Counted from the first letter of the stretch, positions 27,576-36,613 are shown. The stretch is 45,885 nt of DNA from Candidatus Woesearchaeota archaeon (GCA_016180285.1 JACPBO010000021.1:1-45885); one strand, 5' to 3'. A program made the numbers and translations. The notes: generated from the sequence alone by a model not told the origin.

Positions 27576-28606
27576 TTTATTATCTTTATCACGCCATGAT
27601 TGGCGTCCACTTCAACCAAGTCGCCGTTTTTCAGGACTTTAGTAGCGATCTTTGTTCCGACAACTGCAGGTATATTGAATTCCCTGGCTAAAATTGCAGC
27701 ATGGCAAAGCATGCCTCCATCATCAGTTATAATCGCGCCAACATTTTTCAAGCAAACATTAAATTGCGGCCGAGTCATTATTGTCACTAAAACATCGCCT
27801 TTATTTGCCTGATCAAGCTTGTTTAAGTCTTTTATTGCCTTTACCCTGCCTTTATAAATGCCGCGGCTGACCGCTATGCCTTTGATTTCTTTGATATTTT
27901 TATCTTTTAATTCGTTCCTTTTCTCTATCAAGGCCTCGATTTCATTAACCTGCGCCTTGTTTAAAATTATTCTTTTCTTATTTAAAAATAAAATTCCAAT
28001 TGGCCACTTTTTAGATTTATTAACATCAATGCTCTCAGCCAGTTCATCACAAAGCAGCTTGCTGACGCCTATGCTCTTAAAATATTTTTCTGCATCGGGC
28101 ACAACTAGTTCATTATATTTATAGGCGGCTTTTAAAATCTCTACCTTTTCTGAAGTTTCTTTTGCAGCAGAAATTTTAGAAGCATAATCCCCTGCCCAAT
28201 AAACAGCCTGGTGATAGGCAAAAAACAAACGATAGCTGTCAATAAATTCTTTTCTTCGCTTTAAAAAGGCAGTTAGGGTGCTATTATTTTTCATAAAATC
28301 ATTAATCCAATTTGTGTATTTGACTAGGGCAGCAGCTAAATGTTTGGAATATGCCATATTATTGGCGATCACTTTTTCTCCCATAAATTTATCGAACTGC
28401 TCATGTTCTGACTGGGAACGATAAAAATTTACTGAATCATCTTTAACTGCCCATAAATTAGAGCTAAAATCATAGCCAAATATTCTCTTGAATGTTTTAT
28501 CGTAAGTTTCGGCAAAAATCGAGGCTGTCAAAGCAGAAAGGTCCCTGACTGTATGCCTCGAATAATCAGCTGGCAGGGATTTAATTATCTTCTTAATATT
28601 GACCAT
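27572..28606 (-). CDS. Orphan PEP-utilizing mobile-domain protein, copy 3 (shorter N-terminus)
   Basis: TDDGGMLCHAAILARE; ATGA overlap with the next gene. Confidence 0.9.
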   Translation of the reverse strand: MVNIKKIIKSLPADYSRHTVRDLSALTASIFAETYDKTFKRIFGYDFSSNLWAVKDDSVNFYRSQSEHEQFDKFMGEKVIANNMAYSKHLAAALVKYTNWINDFMKNNSTLTAFLKRRKEFIDSYRLFFAYHQAVYWAGDYASKISAAKETSEKVEILKAAYKYNELVVPDAEKYFKSIGVSKLLCDELAESIDVNKSKKWPIGILFLNKKRIILNKAQVNEIEALIEKRNELKDKNIKEIKGIAVSRGIYKGRVKAIKDLNKLDQANKGDVLVTIMTRPQFNVCLKNVGAIITDDGGMLCHAAILAREFNIPAVVGTKIATKVLKNGDLVEVDANHGVIKIIK

Positions 28607-28607
28607 A

Positions 28608-29420
28608 TTATTCAGCCCAATTGTTTTCGTATTTTTTTACTAATTTTTTCATCTTATTCAAGTCAAGCTCGTACTTCTTGCTTCTGAAAGACAGCAATGC
28701 CTTGATTTTATTCTCCTTTTTTTCTAATTCAATCTCTAAGCCTGAAATCGGCTCTAAAGTGCCGCCGCTTTTTTCAATAAAACCTTCCCCTTTCAAATCT
28801 CGGTCTTTTTCTACCTGCTTGCCGATTGTAAAATATAAAAACGGCTCCATAACTAAATCATGGCTGATTATTGTTTTAGGCAATTGGCCTATTTTATTTT
28901 TTTCCTTGCCTGAAGCCAGTTCATCTGCTAAACCCAAAATAACACTGGCATAAGATGCCGCTGCTTCTTCTGGTGAAATCGCTTCGCCAAAAGGCTTTTG
29001 TTTCTTAAAATTCAAATACCACTGATTTGCGGCGTTAACTCCTTTTTCTTCTTTTATTTTAAAATAGCTATCTCGGAATTTTTTACTTTTCCAAAATGTT
29101 TCATCCCCTAATCTTTCTGTTTCAAATATTTTACCCGCTCCTATCCCCAAAACTTCCTTGCCTTTTTCCCATTCTGTCTCCTGCATAGCTTCTGCTGTTT
29201 GCCTAGTTCTAGGAATTTTGCTGATATAGACATCACCGGGAGTATAGGGTGGTTTTAAAGCTGTAACGAATCTTCCCTGAGCTTCACCATTTACTGACAA
29301 TCTGGGTTTTTTATCTTTTTCTTCCCCTTCTTCTTTTTCCCCATGTCTGCGGCAATCAACAACGTAGCGGGTCACAATTTGTTCTTTAGCTTTAAATTTT
29401 GGTCGAAGTTCTTTATTCAT
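28608..29420 (-). CDS. Histidine phosphatase superfamily protein
   Basis: RHGEKE, LSVNGEAQG, SKIPRTRQTA and ISH motifs. Confidence 0.85.
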   Translation of the reverse strand: MNKELRPKFKAKEQIVTRYVVDCRRHGEKEEGEEKDKKPRLSVNGEAQGRFVTALKPPYTPGDVYISKIPRTRQTAEAMQETEWEKGKEVLGIGAGKIFETERLGDETFWKSKKFRDSYFKIKEEKGVNAANQWYLNFKKQKPFGEAISPEEAAASYASVILGLADELASGKEKNKIGQLPKTIISHDLVMEPFLYFTIGKQVEKDRDLKGEGFIEKSGGTLEPISGLEIELEKKENKIKALLSFRSKKYELDLNKMKKLVKKYENNWAE

Positions 29421-29424
29421 AAAT

Positions 29425-30834
29425 TCACCTTAGGATTCTGATGACCCCTTCATCAGCATCAACTTCAACATAATTGCCGTCTTTTAGTACCTTGGTCGCT
29501 ATTTTGGTTCCGACAATGCAGGGTATTTTCATTTCCCTGGAAACAATTGCTGCATGGCATGTTACCCCGCCTTCATCAGTTATGATCGCTGCTGCCTTTT
29601 TTATGGCAGGGACAAACTCAGGCCTTGTCATGCTGGACAAAAGAATTTCACCGGCTTTCATTTTGCCTATATCTTCCACGCCGTGTATTATCCTAATCTT
29701 TCCTTTTGCTTTTCCAAGGGAAACCGACAGCCCTTCAATCTCTTTTATATCCCCCAAGTTAAAATCTGTTTCTTTCTTGAATATGCTTTCTGCCTCTTCA
29801 CCGGCATAATACTTCCATATGCCCTTTTCGGTATCGATATAAAGAAGGGCATTTCCCAGAAGTTTTCTTGCGTATTCCCTGTCCAGCTTCTTGTTATTTT
29901 TTAGTTTAAACAAATCTTCAATCTGAAAAACAGATAATTCTTCTTTGGCATATCCATATCGCCTGGCTATCTCTGCTCTTGCGGTATCCAATGTGTAAAC
30001 AATTCTCAAAAACAGCTCTTTTCTTCTGTCATGCAGCGGAGCAATTATATCTGCTACTTCCAGCAGTTTTTTTGTTTCATCATCAACCGGCTTTTTAGAC
30101 AGAATTCCTTTTTTTATATTTTCCTCATCTTTCCTGAAGTTTTTTAATTTTTTAAGCTCTTTGCCAAGATCCTTTTCTTTTAATTCCTTCAGCCTTTCTT
30201 CAAAATAAGAAAATGGGAGATCCTTTCTGCCCATATGTGCAGACTGCAGCCACCTGTATCTATAGGCGTGCTCTTTCAGAAGTTTTTTCTGGTTTTCATT
30301 TTTTTCTTTGGCAATCCTGATTAATTCCTGAGTTTCCCTGTTGATAAACGTTATATCTGCAATTGCCATCATATCTGCAATCTCAGATGTGTTATAGCCC
30401 TGTTTCATAAGCTTTGATCTTATGAGCAAGGGCATGACAAAATCCATTGGCTCTATTATGAACCCAAAATCAAATATCCTTATATAGAAATCTGTGGTTT
30501 TTTTCAGTATCCCAAACAGCTCATTGCTGCTTAATTTTGAAAATTTTTTTTCATCTAATCTGTTTAATTCTCTGACCACTTTTTTATATAGTATCCCGTA
30601 ATCTTTAACAAATCTGCTAGAAAACCTTTTATTTTTAAAACTTTCAACGAGAAAATTGCCCACTTTCTCATTCTCTTTTTCTAAAGTGCACCAGTGAAAG
30701 ATATGGCCTTTGCAATAGCACATATGCTCTCTGAATTTTATGCCTGTCTCTTTATCCATAGAGCCGCATAAAGATTTAGCTGCTTCAGCAGCTATCCATA
30801 AAACGCCATTCAGCTTATCTACATCCCACTTCAA
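29425..30834 (-). CDS. Orphan PEP-utilizing mobile-domain protein, copy 4
   Basis: TTG start after a GAGTGA RBS; TDEGGVTCHAAIVSRE. Confidence 0.9.
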   Translation of the reverse strand: MKWDVDKLNGVLWIAAEAAKSLCGSMDKETGIKFREHMCYCKGHIFHWCTLEKENEKVGNFLVESFKNKRFSSRFVKDYGILYKKVVRELNRLDEKKFSKLSSNELFGILKKTTDFYIRIFDFGFIIEPMDFVMPLLIRSKLMKQGYNTSEIADMMAIADITFINRETQELIRIAKEKNENQKKLLKEHAYRYRWLQSAHMGRKDLPFSYFEERLKELKEKDLGKELKKLKNFRKDEENIKKGILSKKPVDDETKKLLEVADIIAPLHDRRKELFLRIVYTLDTARAEIARRYGYAKEELSVFQIEDLFKLKNNKKLDREYARKLLGNALLYIDTEKGIWKYYAGEEAESIFKKETDFNLGDIKEIEGLSVSLGKAKGKIRIIHGVEDIGKMKAGEILLSSMTRPEFVPAIKKAAAIITDEGGVTCHAAIVSREMKIPCIVGTKIATKVLKDGNYVEVDADEGVIRILR

Positions 30835-30840
30835 TTTGCA

Positions 30841-31752
30841 TCACTCTTGGCATTTCGCCAATCCCTTCAGAATGGCAAATTCAAGCTTCATATCAGAAAA
30901 CTGCATTATCCCGTGGGCAAAAATATTTGATGCAGTAAGGTTGGGAAATATGAGCGTATTTGCCTCCCCTTTCAGAGGCGAGTCCGGGCATTTCCTTTCT
31001 GCCCCGAATTTGCTTACTGCTGCATCAACCTGAAGCTCGCCGTCAATTAAAAGGCTTTTATCTTTTTCTTTTGCAATTCTTACTGCATCTTTCACAATCT
31101 GTATTGAAGGATGCTCCCCTCCGCTTCCTTTTGTTGAGAATGACAGCAAAGCAACTTTTGGATCTAATGTGAAATCCCTGGCGCATTCTGCAGCATTAAG
31201 GGCGATTTGCGCAAGCTCTTCTGCATTCGGCTCGATATTAAGGCTGAAATCACTGCCAAAGAGCGTTCTGTCATTTTTAACATCATTCAATATGGATACT
31301 TCTGAAACAAGTGTATCTTTTTTCCTTAATATCTGCAGCGCAGGCCTCATTAATTCTCCTGTGGGGCATATTGCAGAGCCCACTAAAGCATCTGCATAGC
31401 CGCAATAAACATACATGCAGCCAAAATAATTCTCATTCTGGATTAATTTTCTTGCCTCTTCTATTGTCATTCCCTTGTGCTTCCTCAGCTCAGTTAACTT
31501 TTCTGCAAGCTCCTCCTTTAATTCAGAATTTTTGAAATCAATTATCTGTGTCTTGCCTATATCCAGGTTAAACTCTTTAACTTTTTCTTTGATCAGGCCA
31601 GGATCTCCTAAAAGCACGATCTCTGCAAGCTTATTCTTTGCTATGCTCTCAGCTGCCCTTAAGCACCTTTCATCCCATCCCTCGCAAACAACAACCCTGA
31701 CTGGCTTTTTCCTTGCGAGCTTTTCCATGATGCCGATTATATCTAGTTTCAT
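30841..31752 (-). CDS. pta: Phosphate acetyl/butyryl transferase (Pta-like), C-terminally truncated
   Basis: EGWDERCLRAA, PKVALLSFSTKGS, DGELQVDAA, ANTLIFPNL; ends abruptly at ILKGLAKCQE. Confidence 0.88.
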   Translation of the reverse strand: MKLDIIGIMEKLARKKPVRVVVCEGWDERCLRAAESIAKNKLAEIVLLGDPGLIKEKVKEFNLDIGKTQIIDFKNSELKEELAEKLTELRKHKGMTIEEARKLIQNENYFGCMYVYCGYADALVGSAICPTGELMRPALQILRKKDTLVSEVSILNDVKNDRTLFGSDFSLNIEPNAEELAQIALNAAECARDFTLDPKVALLSFSTKGSGGEHPSIQIVKDAVRIAKEKDKSLLIDGELQVDAAVSKFGAERKCPDSPLKGEANTLIFPNLTASNIFAHGIMQFSDMKLEFAILKGLAKCQE

Positions 31753-31772
31753 TTAAACCACCCCATAAAATT

Positions 31773-32753
31773 TTATGCTGCCTTTTTGTATTTATATTTG
31801 TCTTTCGTTGAATAACCCACTAATTCTTTTATAAATATTTCATTCATATCTTTATTCGCGCCGCTTGTTCCAAAATGAGTTGAGGATGGATGATCAATTA
31901 CTTTGTGTGTTGTTGCATGGCCGTATACTGTATCACGTGGTGGCACTAATGCATCATATTTACCCGCTATAATATGAACAGGAACCAATGGTTTCCTGAT
32001 TGCCATTTCAGCAGCATTTCTTTTACCCAAAGCAGTTCTGGGATCATCGGCTTTTGAAAGCGACAGAATTGCTCTTTGAGCCATTGTAGGTTTATTAACT
32101 CCATAAGGTACAGGAGCTCTTGCCTGCACATATTTTATGCCATAGTCCACGATCCTCTTATCACCAGCCATATAAATCCCGAGGTCTGCCCCGCTGCTAT
32201 GGCCGCTAATAGAATCGCTTCTTTTATAAGGTTCTTTAAGCTTGACTTCTTCCTGAAATTTTTTTATCTGCTCAAAAGCCTTCTCTGATGATTCTTTGCG
32301 CGGCAAATGATGATATGTCTTTAAATGAAGAGATCTAATGCCTGCTTTTTTCAGTTGGCCTGCAAGAACCCTCTGAGAACCCTTGGGCATGCCAAATCCA
32401 GCCACTAAATATGACAAAGGATCCTTGCTTCCAGGATTTTTCTTAAAATACCTTTTCGTATCATAATCTTGGTATTTTGCTATTACATTGCCGACAGTGC
32501 TGTCAAATGCGGTTCTCGCAATATTCGCAATGTTTTTTACAGCTGCTTTTGTTCTTCCTCCGAAAGATGGGCGAGATGCTTCTGCTCTATAAGGCTCAAC
32601 TGTTTTTTGTAGTGCAGCATATGTTCTTTCAACATTTGTGTCTTTAGAGTTTTTAACGGCAGTTGATTTACCTGAACTATCTGCTTTCTTTACCTTGCCT
32701 TCCAAGTTCAAAAAAAATAATAGCAGTTTAAGCATTTTAATCAATTTCATCAT
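31773..32753 (-). CDS. Alpha/beta hydrolase (start uncertain)
   Basis: Oxyanion VAGF, nucleophile elbow GHSSG, GKYDALV, STHFG. Confidence 0.8.
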   Translation of the reverse strand: MMKLIKMLKLLLFFLNLEGKVKKADSSGKSTAVKNSKDTNVERTYAALQKTVEPYRAEASRPSFGGRTKAAVKNIANIARTAFDSTVGNVIAKYQDYDTKRYFKKNPGSKDPLSYLVAGFGMPKGSQRVLAGQLKKAGIRSLHLKTYHHLPRKESSEKAFEQIKKFQEEVKLKEPYKRSDSISGHSSGADLGIYMAGDKRIVDYGIKYVQARAPVPYGVNKPTMAQRAILSLSKADDPRTALGKRNAAEMAIRKPLVPVHIIAGKYDALVPPRDTVYGHATTHKVIDHPSSTHFGTSGANKDMNEIFIKELVGYSTKDKYKYKKAA

Positions 32754-32754
32754 T

Positions 32755-33873
32755 TTAAACGGCTTTTTTTACAAATTGAGTTGGGCTTCCTCCCCAAACT
32801 TCATTTGCAGGTATTTCTTTTTGCGCAAAACTATATGGCTCTATGATGCTGTTCTCGCCTATTGTTGTTCCTGTCCTTATTAAAACATGCTCTTTTATTA
32901 CAGCATTCTTTTTTATTAAAACCCTTCCGAAAATAGTTTGTGTTGTGGTATATTCGTGCCCTGCTATTTCGCTATTCTCCCCTATCACCACATTGTCTTC
33001 AACAGTTATTGTATCCGGGTAAATATGGTCAAACGTAACGCCCCTCTTTATTATTACATTTTTGCCTATCTTTGCGCCAGCCATTCTTAACAAAAAGTTC
33101 TTTAATGGCGATGGCCCCATTAACTTCGTGGTTTCTATTATAACGCCGTTATATAATATCCTGAAAACATTTCGCGCCCTCCACCAGTCATCTCCTGCAT
33201 TAAGCCTTTTCCCATTGTAATGGAATTTGATAAAGTTAACCTCTTTGTTTCTTTGGAACTCTCTGACTTTTTTATTAAAATCCGAATAATATTCCCTGCA
33301 CTTCCCGTCGCTTGGCTTGAAATACTTTTCAAGCTCTTCTTCTGTGAATTTTTTAAGTGTTTTTGCCGGCTTGCCCCCCCATAATTCGCCAGATGGCATT
33401 TCTGACTGCAATTCAGAGCCAAGATTAAGTATGCTGTTTTCATTTATAACAGCTCCCGGCCCTAAATAGGAATAGCCTCCCACCAAAACTCTTTTTTCAA
33501 CAACAACCTTTCCAATTGTAAGTTTGCTGTCTTTATATTCGTGAGCCATCAGCTTATTTGGGCCCCCTACCAAGGCCCCATCCTTAACATTGATCAGCTC
33601 CGGAAAATAAGGATCAAAAATAATGTCATTTGGCAGGCAGACATCACGGCCTATCTTCAATCCTGTAAGCCTCACCAGCCAGTTCTTAAATCCTGATGGG
33701 ATGATTTTTCTGGATAATTGTATGATGAGCTTGTTAAATAATATCTTGAATGGATGTATGTTATAGCTCTTTACTGGCATGTCGATAGTAAATTTTTTAT
33801 TTTCAGGGCCAGCTAACAGCTCCCTGACTTTTTCCTTTATTATCTCTTTATAGCTCATTTTCACCTTCATCAT
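32755..33873 (-). CDS. Tandem hexapeptide-repeat (LbH) acyltransferase-like protein with two domains
   Basis: Two repeats of KN.L.R..G.KIG....FD..(F/Y)P..I.V.D...hexapeptides...E.WGG.P. Confidence 0.85.
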   Translation of the reverse strand: MMKVKMSYKEIIKEKVRELLAGPENKKFTIDMPVKSYNIHPFKILFNKLIIQLSRKIIPSGFKNWLVRLTGLKIGRDVCLPNDIIFDPYFPELINVKDGALVGGPNKLMAHEYKDSKLTIGKVVVEKRVLVGGYSYLGPGAVINENSILNLGSELQSEMPSGELWGGKPAKTLKKFTEEELEKYFKPSDGKCREYYSDFNKKVREFQRNKEVNFIKFHYNGKRLNAGDDWWRARNVFRILYNGVIIETTKLMGPSPLKNFLLRMAGAKIGKNVIIKRGVTFDHIYPDTITVEDNVVIGENSEIAGHEYTTTQTIFGRVLIKKNAVIKEHVLIRTGTTIGENSIIEPYSFAQKEIPANEVWGGSPTQFVKKAV

Positions 33874-33881
33874 AGACTGCT

Positions 33882-35300
33882 CTACTTGATAAATTTTTTC
33901 AAAATATCCATAATGCTGTTTCCATCGGCCTTTCCCCTATACTTAGCCATCACAATGCCCATATACGCGCCTGCGCTCAGTCCGGGCTTTTCTTTTATTA
34001 TTTTTTTGATTTCTTCTTCAATCTCTTTGTTATCAGCAGCTTCATACTTCTTGATTATTTCCTTTAACTCCTTTTTGCCAGCAAGCTCAAGCAAAATTTC
34101 ATTTACAGCGGACTTCGGTATTTTTTTATCATTAAATAAACTTAAAACTGCTGCAATCTGCTCCTCGGTCACTTCCTTATTGTAGCGCGCCTTTATGTCT
34201 TTTGGCGTTAAGATTAAAGAAGAAGCAATAAGCCCTGGCTCAATGTTCTTGAATTTTCCAGCATATTTTTCAAAATCAATCTCTTCCTTCACAAGCTGAG
34301 TTGCCAAATCCCTGCTTATCTTGTATTTGCCCTCTAAATTTTTTATTTTGTCCTGTATCAGCTCAGGCAGCTTTATATTTTTAATGCCGCATTTTATAGG
34401 AATTACGTCAGTTTCGGGGTACATTCTTTCTGCTCCCGGCATTGGCCTTAGAAAGGACGTTGTTAAGTTTGGCTCAGCCTTTCTCACTTCTTCATTCAGC
34501 TTTTTTCCTTTTTTAATCTCTTCCAACTGCCTTTTAACTTCGTATTCTATTATCTTCGGAATTGACTTCAGTTCCTGAAATCCCTTTATCTCCACCCTTG
34601 GATGCCCTTTTATTGACGAGTTAATGTCCTGCCTTATTGTTCCGATTCCTCTTTTGCAGCCTCCTGTGCTTCTTAAAAGCATTCCGAGCTTTTCAGCGGT
34701 TTCCTTAACATGCTCCGGGTCTTTCAGTTCAGCTCCGGTTGCAATCTCTATCAATGGAATCCCTAATCTGTCAAGCCTGTATTCTGTGAAATCTTTGCTT
34801 TCTTTTATTTTCTGGGCAGCCTCTTCTTCCAGGCAGATTGTCGGAATGCTGACATTGCCTTTTGAAGTTTCAATAAATCCGTTTCTCGCAATCAGCGCTG
34901 TTCTCTGAAATCCAGATGTGTTGCTGCCGTCAATAACTGTTTTTCTCATAACCTGAATTTCATCAACAACCTTTGCATTCAAAAGCAGTGCAACCTGCAA
35001 AGCTATATATAGTGCATCTTTGTTTATTTGATGCGGAGGTTCATCATCGTATTCTACTAGGCAGGTATCTTCGGAGCTGCTTTCATAAAGAAATTTTTTG
35101 CCTTTTGCCATCTCATACTTTGCAGCTTCATCTATTATGCCCAGCTCGCCAGCAACTGCCCTGAGCTTTCTTTCTACTTTTATATCTGCTTCTTTGCCGG
35201 AGTTCAGTGTCAGGCAGTTGCAGAACAGCTTTTTGCCTTCAAGCTGCTGATGACACTCAAGACCTGCTTTAAAGCCTAATTTTTCATAATCCAATTCCAC
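33882..35300 (-). CDS. gatE: Glu-tRNA(Gln) amidotransferase subunit E (short form)
   Basis: GLECHQQL, MRKTVIDGSNTSGFQRT, LDRLGIPLIEIAT, RGIGTIRQD, PGAERMYPETD; GTG start at 35300 after GGGGTG. Confidence 0.95.
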   Translation of the reverse strand: MELDYEKLGFKAGLECHQQLEGKKLFCNCLTLNSGKEADIKVERKLRAVAGELGIIDEAAKYEMAKGKKFLYESSSEDTCLVEYDDEPPHQINKDALYIALQVALLLNAKVVDEIQVMRKTVIDGSNTSGFQRTALIARNGFIETSKGNVSIPTICLEEEAAQKIKESKDFTEYRLDRLGIPLIEIATGAELKDPEHVKETAEKLGMLLRSTGGCKRGIGTIRQDINSSIKGHPRVEIKGFQELKSIPKIIEYEVKRQLEEIKKGKKLNEEVRKAEPNLTTSFLRPMPGAERMYPETDVIPIKCGIKNIKLPELIQDKIKNLEGKYKISRDLATQLVKEEIDFEKYAGKFKNIEPGLIASSLILTPKDIKARYNKEVTEEQIAAVLSLFNDKKIPKSAVNEILLELAGKKELKEIIKKYEAADNKEIEEEIKKIIKEKPGLSAGAYMGIVMAKYRGKADGNSIMDILKKFIK

Positions 35301-36501
35301 TTGTGCATACACCCCTTAAATAGACTATCTTTTTTTGATTAAAAAAATATTTTTTTGTTTTATTGACCAAATCAACCACTTGTTTAGAGTTATATAATCC
35401 TACTTTAAATATATTTTGTTTCTCTGAAAGTGATGGGGCGAATCCTAACTTTCTTAATGCAAATAAACACTCTTTGGCTAAATTTCCATCTTTAACTATA
35501 AACTCGAACCTAGGTAATTTTTTCTTTTTATTTCTAGTATAAGAATACGATAAGCACCCTTCAGTTTGGATAAATGCAGCCATTATCCTTTCGTAGTCAT
35601 CATTGAATAAACCCTCTAAAACCATTGGTTTTAATACGCCACTTTTATAACCAAGAGGAAATTCGTATTTTAAACATAAAAGTTGCTTTAAAGGACTTGA
35701 TGAGATGATTAATCTATCTTCGCCCCTTTTACCAATCGAGAATATTAAATGTTTTTCTTCTAAATTGAATTTCTTCATAATTATTTTCTTTATTTCTTTT
35801 AGACTTTCTATATCTCCTTTTTGATTGATTTCTATGTGGGTGCTTCTTAATTCCACATGCCCTTCTGTTCTCAACCAAATCAGCAAAACCATCAGATCGA
35901 CATCTACGCTATTCGTAGGAATAACCAGCTTGCCCGTCCTATTAGTTTTACTAAATAGGTGATGGCCGCTTAGTAAATTCCAGATGTTTATTTCTAAGAT
36001 TTGGGAGATCTTCAGTAGGGCGAGTAATGGTATTGTTTTTTTGTTATTTGCGATTGCTTTTTTATAACCGCATAAAAACGTAAATTTGTATAGAGGAAGT
36101 TTCATAAATTTACATGCTTCATGTAATAAGTTCTCAATGTTTTTATCTAATTCCAGATAACAAGACGAAAAATTTACTTTTATTCTAAACTCTCTTCCAC
36201 TCGGTTGTCTTCTTTTTAGAATCGTATTGTGCAAACAGAACCACAAATATTGATATTGGGCCGGCACCATTATATCGTCAAGGTTAATATTGCAAGAAGC
36301 TTCAACAATCCATAATGGTATTTCTGACTTTTTATCAAGATACGCGTTTATCATTGAGTGATTTACGCTATACTTTTCTAATAACCCTCTTTTTAGAGCA
36401 CACTCTATTGCGTTTTTTACATTTTCTGAATACTGAACAGAGTAAGGGCTATTTAATGATGTCAATTTCTCATTTTTATTTTCTGCGTCATTAAGTTCCA
36501 T
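35284..36501 (-). CDS. Free-standing LAGLIDADG-type endonuclease-like protein
   Basis: Two helix-EG motifs (LLIWLRTEGHV, MAAFIQTEGCLS) followed by PRFEFIVKD..LA...L.KLGF.P; no intein splice motifs; 3' end overlaps the gatE start. Confidence 0.72.
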   Translation of the reverse strand: MELNDAENKNEKLTSLNSPYSVQYSENVKNAIECALKRGLLEKYSVNHSMINAYLDKKSEIPLWIVEASCNINLDDIMVPAQYQYLWFCLHNTILKRRQPSGREFRIKVNFSSCYLELDKNIENLLHEACKFMKLPLYKFTFLCGYKKAIANNKKTIPLLALLKISQILEINIWNLLSGHHLFSKTNRTGKLVIPTNSVDVDLMVLLIWLRTEGHVELRSTHIEINQKGDIESLKEIKKIIMKKFNLEEKHLIFSIGKRGEDRLIISSSPLKQLLCLKYEFPLGYKSGVLKPMVLEGLFNDDYERIMAAFIQTEGCLSYSYTRNKKKKLPRFEFIVKDGNLAKECLFALRKLGFAPSLSEKQNIFKVGLYNSKQVVDLVNKTKKYFFNQKKIVYLRGVCTSGIGL

Positions 36502-36516
36502 TTTGAAATCACGCAT

Positions 36517-36549
36517 AAAAAGAAAGAGATCCAACCCTTTCGGGTTGGA
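36517..36549 (-). terminator. Strong hairpin with GAAA tetraloop plus U-rich tail upstream of the LAGLIDADG gene
   Basis: Minus strand reads TCCAACCC-GAAA-GGGTTGGA-TCTCTTTCTTTTT. Confidence 0.55.
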
Positions 36550-36613
36550 CAAGGTTTCGTTGGAGGCGTTAATAATAGTAAAGTTTAAATTATGTGCTTG
36601 CCATTATCTTATT

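Noticed and set aside
24601..30834. Calling the four swivel proteins PEP synthase or PPDK
   Set aside because: They lack both the ATP-grasp and pyruvate-binding domains; only the mobile His domain is present.
35284..36552. LAGLIDADG ORF as an intein or intron within gatE
   Set aside because: It is in a different frame from gatE, has no Cys/Ser-start plus His-Asn end pair or block B, and gatE is complete downstream.
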